NCBI RefSeq assembly: GCF_006345805.1
Contig: NC_043002.1
Span: 51,894,001-51,958,000, forward strand
Direction: 5' to 3'
From: Octopus sinensis
Taxonomy: Eukaryota
Length of the DNA stretch: 64,000 nt
Shown in pieces: positions 14,341 through 27,193 of the stretch; the first letter of the stretch is position 1, and the number at the start of each line of letters is the position of its first letter. The notes beneath the pieces were generated by a model, which was not told where the DNA came from, ran no database searches, and saw only the letters and a list, made by a program, of their open reading frames with translations. The position numbers and the translations under genes were made by a program.

Positions 14341-14655
14341 CAAGTGGTCTCAGTCATCAGCCTCCAGCCATTTTTTCTACCGCGGAACGGTTTCAAGCAA
14401 GGCAATTTTTCCACTCACCAGGGGATCACGCGGATAGCATAAAAACAATAAAGTGCATAATATATAATTTAATTATTACATATATAATGCATATATATTA
14501 CATATACAATACTTATAAAAATGTAAAAACCCGCTACCGATTGCGATAGTAAATAAAATAGAAATAAAATGTCAAAATCTATTTTTCTGTATGGCCTGGG
14601 TCCAAATGATCCACTGCCCGGTACTAGACCGCGGCCCAATGACTGAGGTCCCCTG
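14341..14655. mobile_element. Possible hAT-type MITE
   Basis: Imperfect 15-bp TIRs (CAAGTGGTCTCAGTC versus rc CAGGGGACCTCAGTC, 11/15) and GC-rich subterminal CCGCGG motifs; no 8-bp TSD seen. Confidence 0.4.
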
Positions 14656-14710
14656 AGCTAAGCAACTTAATCGTTGCTACGATCGATTAAGCCACCCTCT
14701 TGTTACTTCT

Positions 14711-15104
14711 TATTTCTTTACTGTCCACAAGGGGCTAAACATAGAGGGAACAAACAAGGACAGACAAACGGATTAAGTCGATTACATCGACTCCAGAGCG
14801 TGACTGGTACTTAATTTATCGACTCCGAAAGGATGAAAGGCAAAGTTGACCTCGGCGGAATTTGAACTCAGAACGTAGCGGCAGACAAAATACCTATTTC
14901 TTTACTACCCACAAAAGACTAAACACAGAGAGGTCAAACAAGGACCGACAAACGGATTAAGCCGATTATATCGACCCCAGTGCGTAACTGGTACTTATTT
15001 AATCGACTCCGAAATGATGAAAGGCAAAGTCGACCTCAGAGCGTAGTGGCAGACGAAATACCGCTAAGCATTTTCGCCCGGCGTGCTAACGTTTCTGCCA
15101 GCTC
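14711..15104 (-). mobile_element. SINE family A dimer with target-site duplication
   Basis: Two family A units with the junction at 14894/14895; flanked by direct repeat CTCTTGTTACTTCT at 14697-14710 and 15102-15115. Confidence 0.9.
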
Positions 15105-15249
15105 TTGTTACTTCTGGCTATTGAGAAGCTATGGGTAATTCATTACAAATTACAAGAAATCGCAATAACTTCATACATTACATGTGTTTGATGCTGTTTA
15201 TATTTAACATATAACACTTATACACTATTAGGAATGTAGGGAATTAGGT

Positions 15250-15595
15250 CTGTTATCATTTATTTGATTTGGACTTTGGCCATGATAGCACACTGCTTTG
15301 AAGGGCTTAGTCGAATTCAACTCCAGTACATATTTAAAGTCTGGTACCTATTCTAGCGAACGCTTTTTCCGAACCGCTATGATACGGAGACATAAACAGT
15401 CCAACACCGATTATCAAGCATTGGTGAAGAACAAACGCAAACACAGACAAACGGGGACACAACAAATCCACTCCTAAGATATTGAACCGCCCAGGACTAT
15501 AACAGGAAATACTCGCCAGAGATGCCGTGAAGTGGGACTGAACTCGAAACCGCGTGTCTACAAAGCGAGCTTCTTAACCACACACCCATACCTAT
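15250..15595 (-). mobile_element. CORE-type SINE family B, diverged
   Basis: GTGGGACTGAACTCGAAACC...CTTCTTAACCAC head in reverse; body matches the other family B copies. Confidence 0.65.
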
Positions 15596-15949
15596 AAAAC
15601 CTGTAATATAATTTATTACAATATAATACTATAATTTGTATGTATATAACCTATAATGCGACAAGGTTTTGCAGCTGGTCAGTCCACTCGTTTGTCAATG
15701 GCGATTTATTTAACAACTTTAAACCAGGTGAGTTTTCAATGGTTTAGAGATCTCAATTAAACTGCAGCGGTATCTAAGTAAACAGTAAGTGTAAATTATT
15801 TGCTTGTCAGCGGGTAACATGACCGGATTTTTGTGTCCTAATTTCCTATACTCGTCTCTCCCTTTCCATCCATCCATCTCTTTCTCTTTTCTCTCTGTAA
15901 ATACACGCTGACACACATATACATACACAGATATATAAGCTATTCATAC

Positions 15950-16066
15950 GTGTACATACATACGTACATACATACACGCAAGTATATAGATATATGCATA
16001 TGTGTGTGTGTATATACATACATATATATATGTATATATACATATATATACATATGTATGTATATA

Positions 16067-16099
<33 letters not shown>

Positions 16100-16112
16100 G
16101 TGTATACACACA

Positions 16113-16185
<73 letters not shown>

Positions 16186-16212
16186 TAAATATACATATAT
16201 ATACACACACAC
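15950..16212. repeat. (TA)n/(TACA)n microsatellite block
   Basis: Directly visible. Confidence 0.95.
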
Positions 16213-16289
16213 ACAGCTGAGAGCAGTAGTCCAGACGGCTGAGGACAAATGTCCTCCATAGGACCAGTATAGTTTTTTTGCCCCTTATT

Positions 16290-16769
16290 TACGATGGACG
16301 GATGGATGTCCTCATCTTGTTTGTGGTTATCACAACGTTTCGCCGGTTGTAGTCTCCAGCCTTCATCAGGTGTTCTGGTGGAATTTCGAACCCAACTGTT
16401 TATCTCACTAATGGGGTACACAGTTCTCATTCCTAAGGTTCTCATTACTAAGGTATCCATAGTGGATAAGAGCGCGAGCTACTAACCCTAAACAGTCTTC
16501 GCCAGTGGATGACGGCACATAGATCCCAGATTAAAATACGGTAGTACAGAAAAATAGAATTTAAGCAAGCACATCGATATTTGCGCCACTAACGAACAAC
16601 TCCAACTTTAGAATTTTCCCCCTCTATAAATTCAGCACATTAGCAAAGAAGCAGATTTTATTGCAAAATATAAACATCTTTTGAATGCTCCCACCACAGA
16701 TGAAACTACTACAATAGTGTAGAACAATTCCAACCACTACTGCTGCGAGCACAACAGTTCGCTTTTAGG
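16290..16769. mobile_element. Penelope-like element relic: GIY-YIG C-terminus (+, ~16505-16700) with inverted 3' terminal segment (-, 16290-16492)
   Basis: Frameshifted plus translation MTAHRSQIKIR.YRKIELSKHIDICATNEQLQFRIFPLYKF...KEADFIAKYKHLLN resembles the PLE endonuclease C-terminus (H..QI...S.H.D.C...F.IFP.YK...KE..FI.K....LN). The minus segment carries a CTGATGA...GAAAC hammerhead-like motif. Confidence 0.7.
16331..16374 (-). ncRNA. Degenerate minimal type-I hammerhead ribozyme motif
   Basis: RNA 5'-AACAC CUGAUGA AG GCUGG[agacuacaa]CCGGC GAAA CG UU GUGAU-3': intact core, palindromic AACGUU helix III, helix I CAC/GUG plus a mismatch; helix II register is irregular. Confidence 0.5.
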
Positions 16770-16886
16770 TCATTTGACCATTGGAGAAGATTCCACGAAC
16801 AATCTACTGTGTCACAATACTCGTGCATTTTTCTTTTCTTTTCTTTCTCCCTCTTCCTCTTCTTTCCCTACTCCTACTTCTCTTCA

Positions 16887-17015
16887 TTCTTCTTCTTCTT
16901 CTTCTTCTTCTTCTTCTTCTTCTTCTTCTTCTTCTTCTTCTTCTTTTTCTTCTTCTTCTTCTTCTTCTTCTTCTTCTTCTTTTTCTTCTTCTTCTTCTTC
17001 TTCTTCTTCTTCTTC
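16887..17015. repeat. (CTT)n microsatellite
   Basis: Directly visible; source of the poly-S/L/F ORFs. Confidence 0.97.
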
Positions 17016-17115
17016 TCCTCCTCCCGCGGCTGCTCCTGCTTAAACTATCGATTCTTTGTACCCATAAAACTATTCCTTCAGATTTACTACTACCTACCTA
17101 CCAAGCTTTCCCAAA

Positions 17116-17151
<36 letters not shown>

Positions 17152-17481
17152 ATTTGAAGACTATGGAAATATTTACAAAACATTTCACTTAATTTTTTTT
17201 CTCTAATTTAATTGTTTTTCTTATTTTAGTTGAAAAAAATCTAAAAGACGGAAACGGGTACTAAAATGTACATCATGATAAAATATCTTATTTTAGCATT
17301 TTCTACTTTGTCTTATTTTCCTTATATGCATGTATGTGAACATGGACAAAGAAAAGTCAATCAAATACCATATTAAGATTATCTCAGCCTCTCTCTCTCA
17401 CGCACACACACACACACACACTCTCTCTCTCTCTCTACACACACACACACTCATGCATAAATATAGGTATACACACATACG

Positions 17482-17535
<54 letters not shown>

Positions 17536-17884
17536 GTGTTTCATTTGTCTTTCCTCTCACTCTACTTTTTTTCATTATCCTCTTCTAATTCTTATTGTTC
17601 CACCTGTTTTATAAATTAACAGAAATCAAAAAGAACCTAATTTACATTAAAACATATTTTACATCGATAAGTTTCGGTACTTGGGAAATGACATCTGCGA
17701 TAGACTATTCTATTATTAATGGAAGCAAGACTTGTGTGTCATCCAGTTGAGGCGGTTATCGGAATTTCCCGTTGTCTTGGAAGTTTTTCTCAATGCACTT
17801 TCAACTAGTATAAAGAGGTACAGTAAATAAGAAAGCGAGATACAGGGATAATGAACACAACTTTATAAGTTGCGAAATGCACAG

Positions 17885-18180
17885 TGAGAAGGCGCATGAA
17901 TTAGTGGTTAGGCTAATCAGCTCAAGGTCGTGAGTTCGATTCCTGGCGGCGCGTTCTTTTCTTGAGCAAGACGCTTTATTTCACGTTGCTCCAGACCACT
18001 AATCTGGTAAAATCAGTAGTACCTGTCACATTCTGTGTCACGCTGAATCTCCCTGAGAGCTACGTTAAAGATACGCGTGTCTGAGGAGTACTCAGCCACT
18101 TGCACGTTAATGTCACGAGTAGGTTGTTCCGTTGATCGGATCAACTGGAACCTTCATCGTCGGAACCGACTGAGTGCCAG
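17885..18180 (+). mobile_element. tRNA-derived SINE family C variant
   Basis: Head GAAGGCGCATGAATTAGTGGTTAGG...GAGTTCGATTCC; the tail TGTGTCACGCTGAATCTCCCTGAGAGCTACGTTAA...GGAACCGACTGAGTG matches the reverse complement of 27862-28020. Confidence 0.75.
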
Positions 18181-20161
18181 TAAAAAGAAACAAACTTCAC
18201 AGTAGCAGTTTAGGCAATAAATTATATAAAATTATATAAAAAATAAAACATTTTCAAATAGTGTCAGCTGATGTGAACAAAGTAAGACGCTGCTATCAGC
18301 TTTATTTACTGTATAACAATTATTTAATATGCTGTTAGCTTCGGTCTTCCGTTTTTCTAGAAACTGCTGTCTTGGAAATTGACAGTAGAAGCTGAAATGA
18401 CACTTTCTTATGTATAGCTACATATCGTTATTTCAGATTCATCAAAATATTTGTAGTAGAGTAAGAAAAGTTGACTTATGATAAATCAGTGAAGGAAGCT
18501 TCACGTTGTGTCTCACGAGCAACTAGAAATATGAACCAAATTTCCATCAAATTATACAAGCTACATAGAACTTTAATACTGAAAGACTTCCCCATGGATA
18601 AATAACGTTAACCGTACATTTTTGCATCAATTTAACTAAAATTAACCAATGATAAACTCTCTGGGTAAGTTGCTTACGGTTCAATGATACGCGCATCAAA
18701 TTTAACTAAAGCTTAAAAAAGCGAACTCTGTAAAGAATCAATACCAGGTGACTTATTTCATAAACAGGTCTTCTAATAAAGATTTTAAATATCTTTAGGG
18801 TAACATTTCCGCATTTTCAATACCTCTCATTTGGTTGCAGCTTGCAGTGTTAGAATTTCAACGTAAATATTTCAACTGTTATTTTGTCCGGCTTTGCATT
18901 TTGAGTTCAAATTTCGCCGAGGTCAACTTTATCTTTCATCCTTTCGGGGTGAAGAAAATAAGCGCCATTTGAGCACTGGGGGCCAATATAATTAACTCAC
19001 CTCCCTCCCCCAAACGTGCTGGCCTTGTGCCAAAATTTGAAACCAATATTTCAGCAATTGTAAGGCGGTGAGCTGACAGAATCTTTCGCTCACTGGACAA
19101 AATGCATAGCAGCATTTCGCCTGTTTTTACATTCTGAGTTCAATTTCCCCAGATTGACCTTGTCTTTCATCCACTCGGGGTCGATAAGATAAGTACCAGT
19201 TCAGCAGTGGGGCCGATGTAATTGACTTATACCTCCCCCAAATTTTAAAAGTTGTGCAAAAATTTTAAACCTTTATATTACTTTAGGATTATAGACAGTT
19301 TCGAAGTTACTAAATCCCCAGTAGATAGGTTGTTATGCAATACTACTGGTTAAGTAGTCAAAAATCGCACCTAAGCTTATGTTTATGACGACAGCCAGTA
19401 TGTCATAATTATAAGTTACTATTTATGAACTCTCATAAGAAAAGTAAATGCACAGAATACAACAGACATTAAGGAATATGATTTGAGCTTTGTGGGAGTG
19501 TCTGTTCTCTATTTTTATCCAAGAGAGGTACTCGAAAATATATAATTTATGTATAAAATCCTAATTTTTCGAAATTGTTCAAATAAATCGTTGATACAGT
19601 TTTAAAGTTATAAATTTAAAAGGGATTGACTAATTTTGAATGCAGCCTCTCCCTCTCACTATTCCTCCATCTAGAAACTGCTATCTTGGAAATTGACAGT
19701 AGAAGCTGAAATTAAGCACCTACCTGTTGGTCTACGGTGACCTTGAAATGACACTTTCTCATGTAAAGCTACATGTCGTTATTTCAGTAGTAGCTCACGC
19801 TACTATTCCTTGTTTTGTTATAAAATCTCAATATAGGGTCAATCTCTCTTTGTTGTTGGTGAGGAGGATCTTTCAGCTTTTAAGTTTTCCTTGTTTCAGT
19901 CATTGAACTGCTGCCATTCTGGGGCACCAATTTGAAGGGTCTTGGTAGTGCTTATTGATTATTTCAAAGCTTGGTACTTATTCTCCTGGTCTCTTTTTGC
20001 CGAGTCACAAAATCCAATAGCAGTTGTCAAGCAGTGGTAGGGAACAAACGCAAACACAAAGATACACACACATACACACACGTACACACATTTCTTTCCA
20101 GATTGTTTCGGAGAATATTCGACACAGTCGTATTAACCGTGATCCAGGTTATATTTCCAGG

Positions 20162-21378
20162 ATGTCTAAAGCTACAAAGCTTTCCGAAATTGAGCAAAGG
20201 AAGTTTTTTGAACTGAAAGAGGAAAGAATGAGTAGCCGGGAGTTTGCTGAGAAGATTCGGCGAAGCAAAACGTCAGTGGGCAAACTTTTTGAAAGATTCT
20301 GATGGTTACAATAGGGCTCATACTGGTAGACGTCCCAAGGCTATAGCAGAAAGTGAGGAAAAGGCCGTTGTCAGTGTTGTGAAGAGGCCACACTGCTCTT
20401 CTGTTCTCAAAATAAAGGCATCAGCTGGTGCTAGAGATCCGTTGTAAGAAGAGTGATTTTGAACCATGGTCTCCACCTGAAGAAGTGGCTAGGACGTCCA
20501 TTATTGTTCCCTTCCCACAAAGCTGTTAGACTGGAATTTACTTGACAGCATCAGACGTGGGATGGTGATGGACCAGGGATTTGATCTCTGATGAGGTAAA
20601 CAAATGGAATTTGTATGATCCCCAACGGTTATAAGTATTGCTAAGCTCATAAATGTTGTCAAAATTCCACTTATTCCGGGTGGCAGAAAAGGAGAGGAGG
20701 TATTATGGGGTGAGGAGCAATATCAGTCAGTAGGACGCTGCCACTTGTCATCATGAATGACCGTTTCAATGCTGCACAATGCATCGGGGCTCACATTGAC
20801 GAAGGAAGAGGGTTCTGTGGCGAAAACTTCATATTTCAACAGGACAACACTCTTATTTATAAAGCAAAGGCAATTGGGTTTGAAGTCATGCCATGACAAG
20901 CAAGAAGTCCTGACCTTAATCCTATAGAGAAATGCCCGGGGATATCTCACGAACGTTGTGTAAATCGAAGGCAAGAATTCATCTGTTGATGAACTCGAAA
21001 CAACCATAAAGAAGGCCTGGGAAGAGCTTCCCCTAGATTTGCTGCAGAAGTTGACTGAAAGCATGAAATCGCGTTTTTGAAGTAATTCAAAAAGGTGGTG
21101 GTCAAACACATTATTTTTAATGTATTGCATAAGAATGTCATTGAAATATATCCCCATTTTCCACAATATTTCCAATGTTATTCAATCTGACATTATAGCT
21201 TTGAACAGAGGGTTCCCGCTCTGTTTTTTGAATTATCATCTAATTTATGTTTGGATTTCAGTAAATCTGAATATTGTAATGCCTTCTATTCTATTTCTTA
21301 TTATGAATTTGGGTAATACATTTCGCCAGAAAAAAAAATGGACAGCGCTTTGGCTTCATAGTTTTGAACAACAGTTTA
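20162..21378 (+). mobile_element. Decayed Tc3-like (Tc1/mariner) transposon
   Basis: Fragmented translation MSKATKLSEIEQRK...SSREFAEKIRRSKT..GRRPKAI...LISDE...FIFQQDN...ARSPDLNPIE...IKKAWEELPLDLLQKLTESMKSR...IQKGG resembles C. elegans Tc3 transposase; a probable right TIR lies near 21352-21378 and the left TIR was not found. Confidence 0.8.
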
Positions 21379-21577
21379 CATATATTCAAACATACAGTAC
21401 ATATATACATGCAAACATACATGCATATACATACACATACACACATACATACATACATGCGAACAAACATGCATAAATACATATGTACACTCATGCATGC
21501 ATAGTACATGTATGCACACGTGTATACATACATTCATACACACGTACATACATAATTTTCTTTATGTTACGATTATA

Positions 21578-22851
21578 TTAGGTTGTTACGACAATAATGG
21601 CCGATTACAGAAACTTAATTTTATTTTGGAAAAAGTAACAATAGAAATGTTTTCATTAATCAAAGTATGAGCCGTGAACATCTATGCCTCACTGCCATCA
21701 ATCAAGGAGATTATCTATGCCTCATTGATAAAAACTTATTGGCTTTGATGCTAAGAAATCTTTGAAAGCTGATTCCACCATTGGTTTGGACCTGAAAGTT
21801 TTATCAATCAAAAACGTGTTTAACTGCTTTAAAAAATGGTAGTCCAGAGAGTGAAAAATCAGGAGAATATGGAGAATGTGTTAAAGTCTCATATCTCAAG
21901 TCTGAGTTTTTGCAGCGTCATTCTTGCAAAATGTGGCTTTGCATTATCGTGGAGCAGAATTGGGCCACGCCTATTCACCAATGCAGGCCTCAGTTTTTGC
22001 AAGTGAGCATGCATTTCAGCGAGTCGATTGCAATAAACCCCTGCTGTAATACTCTAATTGGCTTCCAAAAAGCTGTGATGGACAACACCAATTGCAGACC
22101 GCCAGACAGTCACCATAATCTCTTGCTGATGCAACGTTAGCTTTGGGAAAAGGTTTAGCGAACTCATCATGATGAAGGCATTGACCTGATCGTTTACGGT
22201 TATCACAAAAGATCCACTTTTCGTCACAAGTGACTATTCGGACAAAAGAAAGGATCATTGGTGTTTCGCAGAAAGAGCATCGAGCACACTTCAAAACGCC
22301 GAACTTTTTGATTTTCATTGAGCTCATACGGTACCCACTTATCGAGCTTTTTCACCTTACCAATCTTCTGCAGATTGCGTGAGACCGTTGCAATACCGAC
22401 ACCAAATACCTGAAACATTTTTCTGACACATTGACGTGGGTTTTGTTCAACAATTGCTTTCAAAATGTTCATTGTCAAGATAGCATGACCATCTATCTTC
22501 TTCATCTTCAAGGCTCTCATCACCACTACGGAATTTCTGAAACCACCTTCGTACTGTGCGCTCACTTGTGGACCCATGCTCTGTTGATATTGGCAGCAGT
22601 CTGGGAGGCACTGTGCCCAAGATTGAACTCATGCAAGAAAAGTAAGCGAAGTTCCTTTTTTGCCATGTTCATAATTAAGGGCGTCTATGCTTCAAGAATA
22701 TTTTGTTTGAAATAAGTAGAAAATTACTAAAGAGCATGCATCAATTATTAAGTATGTCGAACTTAACCTAAAATATAATTAAAATGCCATGATAAAATTG
22801 CATTTCAAAATACAACACTTAGAGCGACCATTATTTTTCAGAACAACCTAA
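21578..22851 (-). mobile_element. Full-length decayed mariner (D,D34D-type, Hsmar1/cecropia-like)
   Basis: 26-bp TIRs TTAGGTTGTTACGACAATAATGGCCG / rc TTAGGTTGTTCTGAAAAATAATGGTCG with TA on both sides; 1274 bp; motifs RTVRRWFQKFRSG, WVPYEL, VTCDEKW, LLHDNAKPH, SPYSPD, DYHF, broken by frameshifts. Confidence 0.92.
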
Positions 22852-23302
22852 TAAGATATTCCTCTGAGCGGGCCGCCAATCCATTGCAAGGTTTATCCCT
22901 GCGTGACGCTAATACTCAGTTTCACCTGAGTGAACTTGAGCAGCGTTAAATGAAGTACCTTGCTCAAGGAATGATCGCGCTGCTTAGTCAATCGAACCCT
23001 TAACTTAACGATCGTAAACACAATATTTTAAACCTCTGCATGAACATATGAATGCATACATGCATAGAAACACAAAGTTCGTACATGCATGCAAGCATGT
23101 TTACTGAAGCTAGATAGATCTATCTCTCTATCCATCTACTAAAATATCTCTCTTTCATGTATCTCACAATCCAACAAACAGTCAAGCCATCAATCCTTTT
23201 GACTATTTATCCAACTATCTATCAGTCTGTCTAACAATTTATTAGTTTGTCCATCTATCTGCTTTTGTCCAACTATTTGCCGGCCTACTTATCAGTCTAC
23301 TT

Positions 23303-23347
23303 AATCTATCTATCCATCCATCCATCCATCCATCCATCCATCCATCC

Positions 23348-23424
<77 letters not shown>

Positions 23425-23430
23425 CCTATT
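23303..23430. repeat. (TCCA)n/(TCTA)n microsatellite
   Basis: Directly visible. Confidence 0.95.
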
Positions 23431-25009
23431 CATTTGACTGTTAGTCAGTTTGTCAGTCTCTACGTACATCGGTTAATCAAACTGGCAAAATAAACAGTAG
23501 ATTTGAACATCCGAATATTCTAAAGTCTTATGAGCAGTTGTATCAATATTTCATTTATTCAACAAATTTAAAAAAAAAAGAGTTAAAAACCGGTTGTATG
23601 AACCTCTGGTGTTGTCAAAAAATAACTTTTGAGCAGATGATAGCACAACAACATTGAACGACATTTGTGTACGTCAAGTTCCAGTATTATGCCAAATTTT
23701 CCCCACAGACTAGGACCAGGTAAGAGGAAGTTATTCATTGAAATCTTTTGATCATAAGTTTGTTCGATCAGAGTTGAGTTGTAGCCAAACAACAACTGTG
23801 TAATACTTTAACAATGTAAATTCTATGAGAAGAAAACTCAATAATTAGATCATTTTCCCCTTTTCTTTCTGTCTTTTTCTCTTTTGAAAATAATATAAAA
23901 AACGACTGACAGAATTCATTGCACATTTCGAAAATCAAAAAAGATCTATTACATCATACAATAGTTTTCCTTATAAACCAATTAACTGGCTTCTCATCTG
24001 CTGATGAAAGACCAATACATCAAAATCATAGTCTATTGAAATCTAGAAAATACATTCCTTTTCAAAGCAATGTTCCACTATTAAAATACTATATAGTTCT
24101 TAGCTCCAGCTTATTAGTCTCTCTTATATAAATAACATAAGTAATTTTATAAACTTATCTCAGAGCAAATTTCACAACACGACAGAATGATCATCAACAT
24201 GCTACTGTAGTACATCTATTCTAAAGATATTATTCTGCTGATTAAAAATCAATAATTTCACCAACGATAAATTAATGCTTGGAACTAAATAACTCGTCGC
24301 AAAATATTCCTTCTTTCACTTGTTTAAAATAAATACTTAAACATCTGTAATCAACTATACTTCATAGTGGATATTCAAACATACATGTATAAGAATTCAT
24401 GATGCACACGAATTACGGTTTTGTCTAGAAAGTCGACATTAATTTCTAGTCGGGGAACTGTTTTGTTCGTCCATCTATTCTGGAGACGAATTGGTGATAC
24501 TGTATTGGAAATTCAACGCTGATGTGAAAGCTGTATTTGACAACTTAAGTTCTTAGCAGAAGATTGTCTCTTCTAGAATTTATTCGCAATTGGGCCCCCA
24601 AAGTTCACTATAGCAGCTTTATAAATCAAAGTCTATGAATATAAACGTGTGCACGCTTGCGTAAGTGCTATGTGTCTGTTTGTGAGTACGTTTTTCAGTG
24701 ACTTTGTAAAAGAATGAGAATCTGCAGAGATAGTTAAATATTGTGTTTAGGTATATCCATCTATTTTATAGAGCGTATAAACATAAAAATCGATGACATC
24801 ATTGAATGCAAACATGACTGTGTGGTTAATAAGTTTCGCATTGCAACCATGTAATTTCGGGTTCAATCCCTTGCACGGCAAATTGGGCACACGTCTTCTA
24901 CTACAAACATTGGTGGAGCAATAAGCCAATAACTCGTGAATAAAATTTGCTTGACGGAAATTGTGCGGAAGCCCACCGTGCCCCCCCCCCATACACACAC
25001 ACACATATA

Positions 25010-25276
25010 TATCACGGGATCACGTGACCGGCTCGACTATCAGGTGTTCTTACATATTGCTAGTCTCTATGCGTTTTGCATCGTTTTAGCATTCGAATGA
25101 CGCCACCCTACTGGCTAGGCGAGCAGGCCAACCATAACCCACTGATCGAAAGGCGATCTGGAGCATGAAATAAAGTGTTTCGCTCTGAAAAACAACGCGC
25201 TGCTCGATCTGGGAATCGGACCCACGATCTGGCGATCGTGAGTGCAGCAGCTCAACCGCTCGGCCACGCGCCTTCA
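25010..25276 (-). mobile_element. tRNA-derived SINE
   Basis: Reverse complement head TGAAGGCGCGTGGCCGAGCGGTTGAGC...GGGTCCGATTCCCAG has A/B-box-like motifs. Confidence 0.65.
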
Positions 25277-26030
25277 TATGTGTAAATACATATATATGCG
25301 AGCGCGTGCACACACACACACATAAACACTAGACTACTGTGACCCGTTGGGTCACCGGGAAGGTCAAAGTTTTCCAGGATCGAGTTTTGTTTCGTGGGAT
25401 TTTTCTGTACCAGGTTATTTCGCATGCTTTCAATGGATGTGACATCGAAATCACGCGAAAACGGTTGCTTTCCTCATAAAAGGAAATATTTGACTGCCTT
25501 TTCTTGCACGCCCTGCTACCACGTTACAAGTATTTCGTGTCCTTTATCGTAAGCAGCTGTTATGTGGTAGCAGGGTGTAATAGAAATAGCAGCCAAATCT
25601 TTGGAAGTTAGATACGTCGAATGCACTTGAAAGAAACCTATGGAAAAAAAAAAACTATTTTAGGCCATAGTTACGAACGGGTCTTTTACGAAATATTAAC
25701 CGAATTTTTGTAGTCATTTTCACTTTAAAATGTTTTGCCCATCATAATGTGTCTAATGGAAAGGTTAGAGTTTCTTCCCTTTCAAGGTTAAGTTATTTTC
25801 ATAGTATTTTCCAATCATGGACTGTTTTGCGTATTTATACTCCCAAAGTCCCGAATATTTCAATAACCACCAGACCGATTTACGCGAAACTTGATTTAGT
25901 CCGTTTGTATTCACATTCCAGGAGCACTTTACTTTCAAAGTATTTTCCCATTGTGCACCAGTTTGGTTGTGTAACGTTGCAAGCAAGCTAGTAAGACTAA
26001 AGTTAATTTTTAATGTATTATATATATATA

Positions 26031-27113
26031 TATAAACTTAGATAAACTTAGATATGTTTCGACCAATGATTGGTCCAGGCCATGTCTAACTTAATAGCAC
26101 CACCTGATAGGATTATTTGAATCCTGTTTAAGTCAAGTTTTGTTTATGGTCCATTCAAGTAGTGAGTTTTTGTTGGGTGAGTTGTATCCAATTATGGGTG
26201 GCTTATCTGGTATTCCTTGAAGGAATCTATCCAGACTCCGTTTAAAGTTGATGGGATCCTGTTCCTCTTTGATCTCTTTCGGGACAATGTTAAATAGGGC
26301 AGGGCCTGTTGAGGAAAAGAAATTGGATGAACCTTGTCTTGGATGAACCTTGAAGCTAATGTTCAGGTCGTTTGGGCAAAGTTGGCGGTATATTCTCCAC
26401 ATCGTACAAATGATGTACCGCTCACGGTGACGCTGGAGAGACTAGAGTTTCAAGGCTTTAAGGCGATCCCAATAATCGAGAGCAGCCATGCCTTCAATTC
26501 GTTTAGTGAGTGCTCTCTGGGGTGATTCAATCCTCGAGATGTTTTGTCTTGTATGGGGAGACCACAATGGGCAGCAGTATTCGAGGTGTGGCTGTACAAA
26601 GGAGGAGAAAAGTGGTATGATGACACCTTGTTCTCTGGACCGGAAAATTCTTAAGATCCAGGAACTCATCCTACGAGCTATATCGACCTTCTTGTTGATG
26701 TGTGCACTCCAACTAAGATCGTCATCAACAATTACACCCAGGTCTCTGATATTGTTAGAGGCTGTGAGCGGTTCCTCTAATTATCCTACGAGCTATGTCG
26801 ACGTTCTTGTTGATGTGTGCACTCCAACTGAGATCGTCATCAACAATAACAGCCAGGTCTCTGATATTGTTAGAGGCTGTGAGCTGTTCCCCTGTCATCC
26901 TACGAGCTATATCGACGTTCTTGTTGATGTGTGCACTCCAACTGAGATCGTCATCAACAATTACACCCAGGTCTCTGATATTGTTAGAGGCTGTGAGCGG
27001 TTCCCCTACATCCTACGAGCTATATCGACGTTCTTGTTGATGTGTGCACTCCAACTGAGATCGTCATCAACAATTACACCCAGGTCTCTGATATTGTTAG
27101 AGGGTGTGAGCGG
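26031..27113 (-). mobile_element. 5'-truncated CR1-group LINE (RT thumb, 3' UTR) with 4 tandem copies of a 108-bp RT segment
   Basis: Minus translation RDLGVIVDDDLSWSAHINKKVDIARRMSSWILRIF...FVQPHLEYCCPLWSPH...IESPQRALTKRI...YWDRLKALKL...FFSSTGPALFN...FKRSLDRFL; 3' stem-loop GACCAAT-C-ATTGGTC and short tandem tail (CTAAGTTTAT)2. Confidence 0.88.
26668..27113. repeat. Four tandem ~108-bp units starting 26668, 26783, 26897, 27010 (periods 115/114/113)
   Basis: Near-identical units ATCCTACGAGCTA...GAGCGGTTCC separated by different 5-7 nt linkers (TCTAATT, CCTGTC, CCTAC). Confidence 0.95.
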
Positions 27114-27193
27114 GTTTCCGTCTACCAAATCCCCTCACAAGGATTTGATCGGCCGCGGCTACAGTAGAAAACACTTGCTCAAGGGGCCATGCG

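Noticed and set aside
26052-26085. Hairpin followed by GAAAC (hammerhead-like)
   Set aside because: No CUGANGA; explained as the 3' stem-loop of the CR1-group LINE.
26668-27113. CRISPR-like or protein-repeat array (ORF 26488-27435, 315 aa)
   Set aside because: Units are 108 bp with 5-7 nt linkers, no cas genes, eukaryotic context. The units are LINE RT sequence on the opposite strand, and the periods break frame.
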